Origin: Clostridia bacterium
GTDB taxonomy: Bacteria > Bacillota > Clostridia > RGIG6154
Assembly: GCA_017410375.1 (NCBI GenBank)
Contig: JAFQQW010000051.1
Span: 102,733-166,732, forward strand
Reading direction: 5' to 3'
DNA: 64,000 nt
Below are positions 30,646-40,479 of the stretch, piece by piece (within the stretch, counting starts at the first letter, position 1; every line of letters begins with the position of its first letter). Both the position numbers and the translations under genes were made by a program. The notes beneath the pieces were generated by a model. The model was not told where the DNA came from. It was given only the letters and a program-made list of their open reading frames with translations, and did not search any database.

Positions 30646-31872
30646 TTATTCAAGAATCGGCTGTGTGCCGTTTTTCACCACATCCGCTGTAATCAGACAC
30701 CTTCTGATTTCCGGATGTGACGGCAGGTTAAACATCGTATCCTGCAACACATTTTCCATGATGGCTCTTAAGCCTCTGGCACCGGTTTTGCGCTCAATGG
30801 CAAGATCAGCTACGGCTTCTAATGCCTCCTGCTCAAAAACCAGTTCACAGTTGTCATAAGCAAAAAGCTTTTCATACTGCTTAACCAATGCGTTTTTAGG
30901 CAATGTTAAAATCTGTACAAGTGCCTCACGGTCGAGCTTTGAAAGAGAAGCCATAACCGGAAGTCGTCCTACAAACTCAGGAATCAAGCCAAACTTTAAT
31001 AAATCCTGCGGTTCAACCGCCTTGAAAAAGTCCTGACTGCGGTCTACACTTTTTCCAAGGTCTGCGCCAAAGCCCAAAACCTTGTTACCAAGACGTTTTT
31101 CTACGATTTTTTCTAAGCCGTCAAAGGCGCCGCCGCAAATGAACAGAATGTTTGACGTATCAATCTGAATAAATTCCTGATGCGGATGTTTTCTGCCGCC
31201 CTGAGGCGGAACAGAAGCCACTGTGCCCTCTAAGATTTTCAACAAAGCCTGCTGTACACCTTCACCGCTGACATCACGGGTAATAGACGGATTATCCGAT
31301 TTTCTGGAAATTTTATCAATTTCATCAATATAGATAATGCCCTGCTCAGCCCGCTCAATATCAAAATCAGCCGCCTGAATGAGCTTTAACAGGATGTTTT
31401 CCACATCCTCGCCCACATAGCCTGCCTCGGTAAGGCTTGTTGCGTCAGCAATCGCAAAGGGTACATCCAAAATTTTCGCTAAGGTTGCCGCAAGAAGTGT
31501 TTTACCCGAACCCGTGGGACCGAAAAACAAAATATTACTTTTCTGAAGCTCCACTTCGTCATTTTCGTCCAGGCTATTTAAGCGTTTATAATGATTGTAT
31601 ACCGCAACAGCAAGTGCCTTTTTAGCAGATTGCTGCCCGATGACATACTGATCTAACTGCTCACAAATCTCTGCGGGTGTCGGGATTCGTTCATCCGAAG
31701 TTTCGGGCATGAATTCCTCCACAGCCTCGTCATCATAAATCATGTTGACACAAAGCTGAACACATTCGTCACAAATGTACAGGCCGGGCCCACCGGAAAC
31801 CATCTTCGCAACCTGCTTCTGTGTTTTACCGCAGAAAGAGCAACGAATTAAGTTTCTCTCGTCTGTAGCCAT
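30646..31872 (-). CDS. clpX: ATP-dependent Clp protease ATP-binding subunit ClpX
   Basis: N-terminal zinc-binding CSFCGK...CDEC; Walker A GPTGSGKT; sits after clpP. Confidence 0.95.
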   Translation of the reverse strand: MATDERNLIRCSFCGKTQKQVAKMVSGGPGLYICDECVQLCVNMIYDDEAVEEFMPETSDERIPTPAEICEQLDQYVIGQQSAKKALAVAVYNHYKRLNSLDENDEVELQKSNILFFGPTGSGKTLLAATLAKILDVPFAIADATSLTEAGYVGEDVENILLKLIQAADFDIERAEQGIIYIDEIDKISRKSDNPSITRDVSGEGVQQALLKILEGTVASVPPQGGRKHPHQEFIQIDTSNILFICGGAFDGLEKIVEKRLGNKVLGFGADLGKSVDRSQDFFKAVEPQDLLKFGLIPEFVGRLPVMASLSKLDREALVQILTLPKNALVKQYEKLFAYDNCELVFEQEALEAVADLAIERKTGARGLRAIMENVLQDTMFNLPSHPEIRRCLITADVVKNGTQPILE

Positions 31873-31900
31873 GTTTTGCCCTCCTTAAAATACTAATGAA

Positions 31901-32497
31901 TCATCTTCGTTCGAGAACCTTGTCAATCAAACCGTATTCCATCGCTTCTTTTGCGGACATAAAATTGTCACGTTCGGTATCTCTCTGGATAACCTCCAGG
32001 GGCTGACCGGTCACTTCGCTTAAAATACCGTTTAAGTTGTCACGGATTCTGATAATGCGGTCTGCATGGATTTTGATATCGGTTGCCTGACCCTGGGTAC
32101 CGCCTAAGGGCTGATGAATCATGATTTCGCTGTTCGGAAGTGCAAAGCGCTTGCCCTTTGCACCTGCAGAAAGCAAAAACGCACCCATAGATGCCGCCAT
32201 ACCCACACAGATGGTCGATACATCGCACTTGATATAGTTCATGGTATCATAAATCGCCATACCTGCTGTAATGGAACCGCCGGGGCTGTTGATATAAAGG
32301 CTGATGTCTTTTTCTGCATCCACACCTTCCAGGAACAAAAGCTGTGCCACAACAAGGCTTGCGGTAACGTCATTAACTTCTTCACCTAAGAATATAATTC
32401 TGTCGTTTAAAAGTCTGGAATAAATGTCATACGAACGTTCGCCACGGCTGGTCTGTTCTACAACCATGGGTACTAAACTCATTAACGGATCTTTCAT
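31901..32497 (-). CDS. clpP: ATP-dependent Clp protease proteolytic subunit ClpP
   Basis: [18 protein letters not shown]... [11 protein letters not shown] (Ser-His-Asp family signature). Confidence 0.95.
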   Translation of the reverse strand: MKDPLMSLVPMVVEQTSRGERSYDIYSRLLNDRIIFLGEEVNDVTASLVVAQLLFLEGVDAEKDISLYINSPGGSITAGMAIYDTMNYIKCDVSTICVGMAASMGAFLLSAGAKGKRFALPNSEIMIHQPLGGTQGQATDIKIHADRIIRIRDNLNGILSEVTGQPLEVIQRDTERDNFMSAKEAMEYGLIDKVLERR

Positions 32498-32595
32498 ACC
32501 TAAAATCCCCTCTCTTCGATGTTTTTCGATAAATTTGTTATGATACAGCGAGGAAGGTAAACTTTAAAAATTTACCTTCCGCACTTCTTATTTGA

Positions 32596-32930
32596 TTATT
32601 CAGCGTCTTTCTTAGCTGTGGTTTTCTTTGCAGTAGTAGTCTTTTTTGCTGCAGGTTTCTTTTCTGCTTCGCCTTCTGCTTTTTTGGTTGTGGTGGTCTT
32701 CTTAGCTGTGGTAGACTTGGTCGCAGTGGTTTTCTTTGCAGTTGTCTTCTTTTCTTCGCCTTCAGCAGCTGCCTTCTTGGTTGTGGTGGTCTTCTTTGCT
32801 GCGGGTTTCTTTTCTGCTTCACCTTCTGCTTTTTTGGTTGTAGTGGTCTTCTTAGCTGTGGTGGTCTTTTTTGCAGTTGTTTTCTTTGCAGCAGTCTTTT
32901 TTTCGGTTGCTTCTGCAACTTCGGTTACCT
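32596..32930. repeat. Low-complexity, internally duplicated coding repeats encoding the KT-rich tail of trigger factor
   Basis: A ~40-aa block KKTTTTKKAEGEAEKKPAAKKTTT occurs twice; DNA repeats lie near 32680-32720 and 32820-32860. Confidence 0.7.
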
Positions 32931-34203
32931 TCGCATTTTCAACCAGGAATTCAACAGTCTTGCGGGTTACGCATTCCTGCTTGAACGCATCCATCTGACC
33001 TGCCATGATTTCTTTAATCTTTTCAACTTCCATGCCGTAGCCTTTAGCCATCTTTTCGAGTTCAGCATCAACGTCTGCATCGGTTGCTTCAATTTTTTCA
33101 GCCTTTGCAATTGCATCGAGTGCCAAAGAACCCTTAACGGAAGCTTCAGCCTGGGTCTTATAATGTTCTTTCATGCTGTCTAAGGTCATGCCGGTGTACT
33201 GGGTGTACATTTCAAGGCTCATGCCCTGCTGACGGAGCTGCATATCAAATTCCTGCAGCATGTTGCCTGCACGTTCGTCAACCATTGCGGGCGGAACGTC
33301 CACGGTCATACCTTCAACAACTGCTTCTACCGCTTTGTTTTCAAGGTCAGCCTTTGCCTGTGCGTCTTTTCTTTCCTGTGCCTTTGCTTTGATGTCTGCC
33401 TTAAGTTCTGCCAAAGTATCAAATTCGCTTACATCTTTTGCGAATTCGTCATCCAGAGCAGGAATTTCCTTCTTCTGGAGTTTGTTGAGTTTTACATGGA
33501 ATACGGCAGCCTTACCCTTAAGGTCTTCTGCATGGTATTCTTCGGGGAATGTAACGTCGATATCTTTTTCTTCGCCAAGTTTCATACCCACAACGCCTTC
33601 TTCAAAGCCGGGGATGAAAGAGCCGGAACCGAGTTCTAAATCATGACCTTCTGCCTTGCCACCGTCAAATGCAACGCCATCAACGGTACCGAGGTAGTCA
33701 ATGTTTGCAGTATCGCCCATTTCAGCAGCTCTGTCTTCTACGGTAATCATTCTTGCATTTCTTTCCTGCATTCTGGTCAGTTCTGCATCCACTTCAGCGT
33801 CTGTCACTTCAGAAACAACTTTTTCAAGCTTTAAGCCTTTGTATTCGCCCAAGGTTACATCGGGTGTTACGTCAACCTTAACGGTCAGAACCAGATCTTT
33901 ACCGTCACCAATTTCTTTGATGTCGATTTCAGGACGGGAAACAGGATCAAGTTCCAGTTCCTTAACAGCATCGGGATATGCGGTCTGCAACAGTTCGTTT
34001 ACAGCATCTTCGTAGAAGATTTCGGGGCCGTAAAGCTTTTCGATGAACTTTCTGGGAGCCTTACCCTTACGGAAACCGGGAATCATAATCTGCTTGCGGT
34101 TCTTTATGTAAGACTTCTGCATACCTTCTTCAAATAATTCAGGAGATACGGTGATTTCAAAATCTACGGTATATCCTTCTTTTTTAATCAATTTTGCACT
34201 CAT
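32596..34203 (-). CDS. tig: Trigger factor with an unusual ~100-aa Lys/Thr/Ala-rich C-terminal extension
   Basis: N-terminal ribosome-binding GFRKGKAP motif; tig-clpP-clpX synteny; tail of AKKTTTTKK-type repeats. Confidence 0.9.
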   Translation of the reverse strand: MSAKLIKKEGYTVDFEITVSPELFEEGMQKSYIKNRKQIMIPGFRKGKAPRKFIEKLYGPEIFYEDAVNELLQTAYPDAVKELELDPVSRPEIDIKEIGDGKDLVLTVKVDVTPDVTLGEYKGLKLEKVVSEVTDAEVDAELTRMQERNARMITVEDRAAEMGDTANIDYLGTVDGVAFDGGKAEGHDLELGSGSFIPGFEEGVVGMKLGEEKDIDVTFPEEYHAEDLKGKAAVFHVKLNKLQKKEIPALDDEFAKDVSEFDTLAELKADIKAKAQERKDAQAKADLENKAVEAVVEGMTVDVPPAMVDERAGNMLQEFDMQLRQQGMSLEMYTQYTGMTLDSMKEHYKTQAEASVKGSLALDAIAKAEKIEATDADVDAELEKMAKGYGMEVEKIKEIMAGQMDAFKQECVTRKTVEFLVENAKVTEVAEATEKKTAAKKTTAKKTTTAKKTTTTKKAEGEAEKKPAAKKTTTTKKAAAEGEEKKTTAKKTTATKSTTAKKTTTTKKAEGEAEKKPAAKKTTTAKKTTAKKDAE

Positions 34204-34326
34204 TTGTTTTTCCTCCTAAACATTTCTTAAAAGTAAAATCTATGTGTAAAGAACAATTTCTTCATTAAAACTGTTCCGTTTGTCTTTACAGACAACAAAC
34301 TGCATAATAGTATATCATATTTTTCA

Positions 34327-35013
34327 TCAGAATGCAAGAGCTACAGGGCAAAATTCCACCTGATCGCACGAAACCAACCTGAATCGGATGCCATCACTTT
34401 CCGCATCCACCGGAATTTTGTGCCCTCGGTTGTGGATGTGCCCATACACACAGGTGTGTACGTCATATTTTTTCAAAAGCGCGTGCATTTCTGTAATTGG
34501 CTCACCGTTTTTGTAAAAGGGCGGATAGTGCAGCATGGCAACCATTTTGCTTCCGTTTAGCTTTTTGCCCTCTATCAAAGAGTTTTCCATACGCATAAGC
34601 TCTCTTGCCTTCAACCGCTCTTCGGTTTCCTTTTCAAAACCCTTTGTAGCACACACCGCAACATTTTCAGCTAAAAATGCGCTGTTATACACAAAGCGTA
34701 TGGTTTTGAACGCATGGGCATCTAAAAACTGATTCATTTTGGTAACCGTTTCCCACCAATAATCATGATTGCCCTTTGAGATGTATTTTATACCGGGTAA
34801 TTGCTCGATAAAGCGAAAATCTTTTTCCGCCTGCTCTAAGTATGTGCCCCAGGACACATCACCGGGAATCAAAACCGTGTCGGTGTCGTTTACCGTTTTT
34901 TGCCACATATCTTTTATCCGTTCGGTATAATTTTCCCAGTTTGTGCCAAACACATCCATGGGTTTATCCACCTGTTCGGACAAGTGAAGGTCGGACAATG
35001 CAAAAATCGCCAA
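34327..35013 (-). CDS. Calcineurin-like metallophosphoesterase family protein
   Basis: LSDLHL...GDVSWG...GNHDYW metal-binding motifs. Confidence 0.75.
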   Translation of the reverse strand: MAIFALSDLHLSEQVDKPMDVFGTNWENYTERIKDMWQKTVNDTDTVLIPGDVSWGTYLEQAEKDFRFIEQLPGIKYISKGNHDYWWETVTKMNQFLDAHAFKTIRFVYNSAFLAENVAVCATKGFEKETEERLKARELMRMENSLIEGKKLNGSKMVAMLHYPPFYKNGEPITEMHALLKKYDVHTCVYGHIHNRGHKIPVDAESDGIRFRLVSCDQVEFCPVALAF

Positions 35014-35036
35014 GCGCTTTCTCCTTTTTTACAAAA

Positions 35037-36539
35037 TTACATTCTGAGGAATTCTCTGACCACTTCCTGCAAATCCTCTTTTTCGCAGGTTACGTCAAAC
35101 AGCACGGGAGCTGTCTTTAAGCCTGCAAGAGATTCGGGAACCGTCAGTCCCGTACGTTTGCTCAAATCTTCCAGGACTTCAAACTCATCTCTGCCGAATA
35201 CAGTGCCGTCACTGCCATCCAGCGCGTCCATAACGCTGCTGCTGAACTTAAACGGGCTTGCGGTAGAGGCAATTACTGTCTTTGTAGTATCGCCGGACTC
35301 CTTCTTATAGGCATCATACACAGCCTTTGCAACAGCGGTGTGGGTGTCCATAATGTATCCGTCCTGCTCAAACACACGTTTGATGGTTTCTTTAGTTTGA
35401 GTATCGTCTGCACAGCCTGCTTCAAAACGGTCTTTCAAGAATGCCTTGATGGATTCGGACACTTCATATGTACCTGTTTCGTTCAGCTGTTGCATATACC
35501 CTTTAACCTCCGCATCATTTTCGCCCGAAGCATGATGTAAAAGACGCTCTAAGTTGCTGGAAATCAAAATATCCATAGAGGGCGAAATGGTTAAATGGAA
35601 GTCGCGGTTTTTATTGTAAACACCGGTTTTCAGGAAATCAGTGAGTACGTTGTTTTCGTTGGATGCACAGATAAACTTGTTTACCGGCAAGCCCATGAGA
35701 GATGCATAATATGCCGCAAGAATGTTACCGAAATTACCGGTAGGCACAACAATGTTAATCTTGTCGCCCATGGTGATTTCTCCACCCTTGCACATTTCTG
35801 CATACGCAGACCAGTAATACACAATCTGCGGTACCAGTCTGCCCCAGTTGATGGAGTTTGCAGAGGACAGCATAAAGCTGTGCGCATTTGCCTGTGCAGC
35901 AAAATTGTCATTGGTAAAAATCTTCTTCACACCGGTCTGGGCATCGTCAAAGTTACCGTTTACTGCGGTAATATTTACGTTATTTCCCTTCTGGGTAACC
36001 ATCTGGAGCTTCTGCACCTTAGATACACCTTCTGAGGGGTAAAACACATTGATTCTTGTGCCTGCAACATCCGCAAAACCTTCCAAAGCCGCTTTGCCGG
36101 TATCCCCGGAGGTTGCAACCAAAATGACAACTTCTTTTTTAACACCGGTCTTCTTCAGTGCGGTTACCAGAAGATGCGGCAGAATCTGCAATGCCATATC
36201 TTTAAACGCACAGGTCGGACCGTGCCAAAGCTCTAAAATATACTCCTCGTTGTTTAATTTATAAACGGGTGCAATGGTGTTGGTACCAAACTTTTCTTTG
36301 GTGTATGCCTTTGTTACACAGTCAAGTACTTCTTTTTCGGTATAATCTGTTAAAAATTTACCTAAAATGTGTACGGCGCGCTGTGCATAGCTCATTTCGG
36401 GAAGCGCTTTGATTTCTTCTTCCGAAAGCGTAGGGATGCTGTCGGGTACAAACAAACCGCCGTCCGGGGCAAGACCTTTGATAATCGCCTCGCAGGAAGA
36501 CAGCTGAACCGAACAATCCCTTGTGCTGTGGTAGTACAT
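35037..36539 (-). CDS. thrC: Threonine synthase (long form)
   Basis: N-terminal YHSTRD...GGLFVP; PLP-enzyme family length ~500 aa. Confidence 0.85.
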   Translation of the reverse strand: MYYHSTRDCSVQLSSCEAIIKGLAPDGGLFVPDSIPTLSEEEIKALPEMSYAQRAVHILGKFLTDYTEKEVLDCVTKAYTKEKFGTNTIAPVYKLNNEEYILELWHGPTCAFKDMALQILPHLLVTALKKTGVKKEVVILVATSGDTGKAALEGFADVAGTRINVFYPSEGVSKVQKLQMVTQKGNNVNITAVNGNFDDAQTGVKKIFTNDNFAAQANAHSFMLSSANSINWGRLVPQIVYYWSAYAEMCKGGEITMGDKINIVVPTGNFGNILAAYYASLMGLPVNKFICASNENNVLTDFLKTGVYNKNRDFHLTISPSMDILISSNLERLLHHASGENDAEVKGYMQQLNETGTYEVSESIKAFLKDRFEAGCADDTQTKETIKRVFEQDGYIMDTHTAVAKAVYDAYKKESGDTTKTVIASTASPFKFSSSVMDALDGSDGTVFGRDEFEVLEDLSKRTGLTVPESLAGLKTAPVLFDVTCEKEDLQEVVREFLRM

Positions 36540-36657
36540 ACGCGTTCTCCTTTCGCATATCTGTTTTATCTTATATATTATATACTAAATTCAGAAAAAA
36601 TCAAGTCATTTTCATAAACTTTTTGCGTTTTTTCGTTATTTTTTGCTTTTTTAGCTC

Positions 36658-37401
36658 TTATTTGTCATATTCTACCCTTTCGAGTGTCAACCCTTCGGGC
36701 GGAAGCATGGTTCCGGCATCTTGCCTCTCTCCCGTTTCAAAGGCTTTTAAAATCGTTGCTGCATCGATTTTTCCGAGTCCTGCGTCTAAAAGCGTACCTG
36801 CCAGAATCCGAACCATGTGATACAAAAAGCCGTTTCCGGTAAATTCCATGCGTATCTCCTCTGCCTGCTCGATTATCTCAATAGATTCTATGGTACGGAC
36901 GGTAGATTTTTTACTCTTTTTCAACGAGGAGAATGCTAAGAAATCGTGCGTACCCAAAAGAAGTTCGGCGGCCTTCCGCATTTTGTCCGCATCGGGACGG
37001 ATATCCTCTGCATAATAGACATATTTGCGCTTAAAAACCGAAGGCTTTTGTAAGGCGATGGTGTAGCTGTAGGTTTTACGCACAGCAGACAATCTGCTGT
37101 GAAAGCGCTCGTCTGCCCGCTCACAGCAAAGTACACGCACATCCTGCGGTAAATACCGATTGCAGTAAGCGAGAATTTCTTCGGGTTCGATATTCTTTTT
37201 CGTTTTAAAATTAAAAACCTGCCCTTTTGCATGCACCCCTGCATCAGTTCTGCCCGAGGCGTGAATTTCGGCAGGCTCTTCCAAAAGCTCTGCTAAAATA
37301 TGCTCAAATTTCCCCTGCACGGTGTTATGGGTGGTATGCTGTTTCTGCCAGCCGTTATAACGGGTACCGTCATACTCCACCGTCATTTTGTAATTATTCA
37401 T
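36658..37401 (-). CDS. truA: tRNA pseudouridine(38-40) synthase TruA
   Basis: MTVEYDGTRYNGWQKQ...GRTDAGVHA catalytic Asp motif. Confidence 0.9.
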   Translation of the reverse strand: MNNYKMTVEYDGTRYNGWQKQHTTHNTVQGKFEHILAELLEEPAEIHASGRTDAGVHAKGQVFNFKTKKNIEPEEILAYCNRYLPQDVRVLCCERADERFHSRLSAVRKTYSYTIALQKPSVFKRKYVYYAEDIRPDADKMRKAAELLLGTHDFLAFSSLKKSKKSTVRTIESIEIIEQAEEIRMEFTGNGFLYHMVRILAGTLLDAGLGKIDAATILKAFETGERQDAGTMLPPEGLTLERVEYDK

Positions 37402-37416
37402 ATCATCTCTCCCAAA

Positions 37417-37444
37417 TTAAAAAAAACGCCCTCCAAGGGCGTTT
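37417..37444 (-). terminator. Rho-independent terminator after yabR-like gene (acgccct-cca-agggcgt plus T8 on minus strand)
   Basis: Hairpin followed by an 8-T run on the minus strand. Confidence 0.7.
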
Positions 37445-37461
37445 TCAGCTTTGTTATATTT

Positions 37462-37872
37462 TTATCCTCTTTTGCGATTGGAACCGCGCTTGGATTCGAA
37501 ATTACGCTTAAGTGCCAGCATTTTATCATCGCTGTCCTGCTTAAAGCGACTCATTTTCTCTTCAAAAGACAAATCCTGATCCTGCGCCCTGGTAAACATT
37601 TCCACATCCGCCGGACGGGAAGATGCATTTTTCTTTTCTTCCTCCAAAACCTTTTTTACGGATAAACTGATTTTGCCGTTGGTGATACCGACTACCTTTA
37701 CCTTCACTTCATCCCCGACCTTTACATGGTCGTTAATGTCCTTTACATAGTTTAAGGCTATTTCGGAGATATGAATCAATCCGACCTTTCCGCCCTCTAA
37801 CTGTACAAAGGCACCAAAATTCGTGATTCCGGTAATTTTCCCGGTAACATTACTGCCAACTTCCAACTGCAT
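37462..37872 (-). CDS. yabR: S1 RNA-binding domain protein (YabR-like)
   Basis: GSNVTGKITGITNFGAFVQL S1 fold; synteny yabP-yabQ-divIC-yabR. Confidence 0.8.
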   Translation of the reverse strand: MQLEVGSNVTGKITGITNFGAFVQLEGGKVGLIHISEIALNYVKDINDHVKVGDEVKVKVVGITNGKISLSVKKVLEEEKKNASSRPADVEMFTRAQDQDLSFEEKMSRFKQDSDDKMLALKRNFESKRGSNRKRG

Positions 37873-37898
37873 GCTTGCAATTTCCTCCTTAAAGGTTT

Positions 37899-38216
37899 TT
37901 ATTTAGAAACGTCCACGAAAACGACTTCGTTGGGTTTAACCATACCCATATCCCGTGCGTCCTGTTCCACGCGTTCCATCTCATCCTGGGTTTTCATCTG
38001 GTTTTCGATATGTAAGCGTTCAGATTCCTGTGCCGCAATCTGATTGTTCAGTGCTTCCCCTTCTGCTTTTAAGCCTGCAATGGCAGACTGCTGTCCCCAC
38101 ACCACGCTGAGAACCCATATGATTGCACCGCAAAGTAAAACTGTCATAAAACGGCTTCGCATGAAACCGACTTTTTCCTTTGTCTTTGCCGCCACAACAA
38201 TTCCTCCTTTGCTCAT
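37899..38216 (-). CDS. divIC: Septum formation initiator family protein (DivIC/FtsB-like)
   Basis: Single TM helix plus coiled-coil; conserved synteny. Confidence 0.75.
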   Translation of the reverse strand: MSKGGIVVAAKTKEKVGFMRSRFMTVLLCGAIIWVLSVVWGQQSAIAGLKAEGEALNNQIAAQESERLHIENQMKTQDEMERVEQDARDMGMVKPNEVVFVDVSK

Positions 38217-38728
38217 TTTTGCAGATATTTCCTAAAAAACACCATTCCTTTATTTATTTTAAACCAAAAAAAGCGTATTGTCAACCTATTTTTTCGTATT
38301 TTTCGTATTTTTTTTGCAGTTTTTTTACAAACGGGACGAATCAGATGCCGATTCAGCATCCGAAACGGAAAAAACAGAATCCGGAACACAAAAAAAATGC
38401 CCGAAAGCAACCGTTTCAGCAGCACGGTACCGCACGCAACAATAACGGAGCTGACACTTAAAAAATACACCAGCGCACCAACCGCCATTGCAATCATCTC
38501 AAAAAGACGCATCTGCCCATGATTGGAAAAAAGCAGCATTCCGAACGCAAGAAGCGCTGACAGTATCCAAAAAAGCATATCCAGCATAAAAGTGAGCCAA
38601 ACACCCGGCTGAAAGGTGCGCCTTATAATTTTAAACAAATCGTACAAAAAAGCACAGGTAACACCCGAAAGTGCACTTAAAAAAAGCACCCGCACCTCTG
38701 ACGCAAGCTCTAAATCCATACCGGTCAC
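38213..38728 (-). CDS. yabQ: Spore cortex biosynthesis membrane protein YabQ-like
   Basis: Polytopic membrane protein immediately after yabP; overlaps neighbours by 4 nt. Confidence 0.65.
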   Translation of the reverse strand: MTGMDLELASEVRVLFLSALSGVTCAFLYDLFKIIRRTFQPGVWLTFMLDMLFWILSALLAFGMLLFSNHGQMRLFEMIAMAVGALVYFLSVSSVIVACGTVLLKRLLSGIFFVFRILFFPFRMLNRHLIRPVCKKTAKKIRKIRKNRLTIRFFWFKINKGMVFFRKYLQK

Positions 38729-39000
38729 CGAAACAGTCTGGAAAACAGACCGCCCTTTTCCGCACTCGTTTCTTCGCTGTACAGCAGTCCCGTTATATCG
38801 CCCTCAATGGCAAGCTCCCCGTCATCCACCGAAAGCTTATTCATCCGAAGCTCTGTACCGGTTACTTCTAAAAAGCCGAGCACGGTTTCCAGTACAATTT
38901 TCTCTTCACAGAATTCCTCCACACCCAGCACGCCCGAAACAAAAAGCCTCTCTCGCTCTTCCAGCTGTATATTCTGTTGCATTCCTTTTTTGTCATCCAT
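38725..39000 (-). CDS. yabP: Sporulation protein YabP
   Basis: ~90 aa; ...ERLFVSGVLGVEEF...EVTGTEL pattern typical of YabP. Confidence 0.75.
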   Translation of the reverse strand: MDDKKGMQQNIQLEERERLFVSGVLGVEEFCEEKIVLETVLGFLEVTGTELRMNKLSVDDGELAIEGDITGLLYSEETSAEKGGLFSRLFR

Positions 39001-39043
39001 AGCCGTACCTCCTTTGGTACAGCATATGAGATTTAAGGGTTAA

Positions 39044-39292
39044 TTATTCGTCAAACTGACGGTATAAAAGGGGCGCGTTTTCTTTGGTTACATGCTCCTT
39101 GTCCGCCTCGAGCACCTCCACCTTCAGCTCGCGCTCACCCATACGAATGGAAATAATATCCCCTTGTTTTACATCATAAGAAGCCTTGACAATCTTGCCG
39201 TTTACCGAAATACGCTCCTTGTCGCAAGCTTCATTGGCAACCGTTCTTCTTTTAATCAGACGGGATACCTTTAAAAATTTATCTATACGCAT
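39044..39292 (-). CDS. S4-domain RNA-binding protein (YabO/Hsp15-like)
   Basis: MRIDKFLKVSRLIKRRTVANEA S4 motif. Confidence 0.8.
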   Translation of the reverse strand: MRIDKFLKVSRLIKRRTVANEACDKERISVNGKIVKASYDVKQGDIISIRMGERELKVEVLEADKEHVTKENAPLLYRQFDE

Positions 39293-39334
39293 ATCACATT
39301 CTCCTCAGCGAATCTGTAATCTTTCAATAAAAAG

Positions 39335-39370
39335 GCAAAAGGCTGTGACAAAAAGTCACAGCCGTTTTTG
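39335..39370. terminator. Bidirectional terminator hairpin (ggctgtgac-aaaaa-gtcacagcc) between hup and S4 gene
   Basis: 9-bp perfect stem; T-run on plus and T-rich on minus. Confidence 0.7.
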
Positions 39371-39379
39371 GTGCAAAAA

Positions 39380-39652
39380 TTATTTGATTGCAACTTTCAA
39401 GCCCTGGCCTGCTTTGAAAACAGGAGCCTTAGACGCCGGGATTTCGATCTTAGCCTTAGTTCTGGGGTTGATACCGGTTCTTGCAGCTCTTTCTTTAACT
39501 TCGAAAGTACCGAAACCTACCAACTGAACCTTGTCGCCTTCAGCCAAAGCATCCTTAACGGCATCCATAACAGCGTTGATTGCTTTTTCAGCGTCTTTCT
39601 TGGACAATTCCGCCTTCTTAGCAACTGCATCGATGAGTTCTGTCTTATTCAT
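39380..39652 (-). CDS. hup: DNA-binding protein HU
   Basis: MNKTELIDAVA...GFGTFEVKERAARTGINPRT HU signature. Confidence 0.95.
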   Translation of the reverse strand: MNKTELIDAVAKKAELSKKDAEKAINAVMDAVKDALAEGDKVQLVGFGTFEVKERAARTGINPRTKAKIEIPASKAPVFKAGQGLKVAIK

Positions 39653-39807
39653 TCTACATTACACCTCCTACTTTTTTCAAATTGGGATATAAAAGCTATG
39701 CTTAAACAAGCATTTCTTTCCGTTTGTTTGTTAGGTAAACCCCTAAACCCTTTTGCCAAATGATGTAAAATCAAATGACTACAATACACATTATAACCAA
39801 TTTTTTC

Positions 39808-40479
39808 TCATTTTTCAAGTGTTTTTGCAAAATTTTCTAAAAAATTATTTAAAATCAGCTCGGGAGAGCGGTTTGAAAGCCCGCAAATTCCGCTTACGGC
39901 GTACAAAATCGCCCCGATTTGTGCATCGGTCGCATCTTGTGTTTTCTCGATATTCTGCAGATTTTCTTCAATTTTCTCCAAATATCTCGATATATTCTCT
40001 TCTTCTTTTCCCCATTTTCGCATTTTTTGCGAAAATTTCATGCTTCTTTGCAGAGCGGGCAAATATTTTGAGATATTTTCTAAAATTTCGGTCTCAGAAG
40101 CGAGATTTTTTTCTTTTTTCTTGATTTCGTCCCAACTTTCTGCTTCCGAGCCGGGACTAAAAATTGCAGGATGACGGCGCACCATTTTATGTGCCAGCGC
40201 ATCACACACATCCGAAAAAGTATACTCCCCTGCCTCTTCGCCGATTTCGGCATGCAGAAGAATCTGCATCAGCAAATCACCCATTTCGTCTGCCATTTTT
40301 GCACCGTCGCCCAAATCTAATGCCTCTAACACCTCATAGGCTTCTTCAACGAGACAATTTTTAAGACTGGCATGGGTTTGTACACTGTCCCAGGGGCATC
40401 TTTTGCGGAGCGTCCTGATAATCGCCTGCAATTCTTCAAACGTATATTTTTTATCCTGCATTTTAAATAAACCGTCCAA
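39808..40479 (-). CDS. mazG: MazG-family nucleoside triphosphate pyrophosphohydrolase
   Basis: EEAYEVLEALD and EExGDLLMQILLHAEI MazG motifs. Confidence 0.85.
   Translation of the reverse strand: MDGLFKMQDKKYTFEELQAIIRTLRKRCPWDSVQTHASLKNCLVEEAYEVLEALDLGDGAKMADEMGDLLMQILLHAEIGEEAGEYTFSDVCDALAHKMVRRHPAIFSPGSEAESWDEIKKKEKNLASETEILENISKYLPALQRSMKFSQKMRKWGKEEENISRYLEKIEENLQNIEKTQDATDAQIGAILYAVSGICGLSNRSPELILNNFLENFAKTLEK

Noticed and set aside
32538-32918. 126-aa Lys/Gln/Pro-rich ORF overlapping the tig 3' end in another frame
   Set aside because: It is an artefact of the repetitive AAG/AAA-rich DNA that encodes the trigger-factor tail
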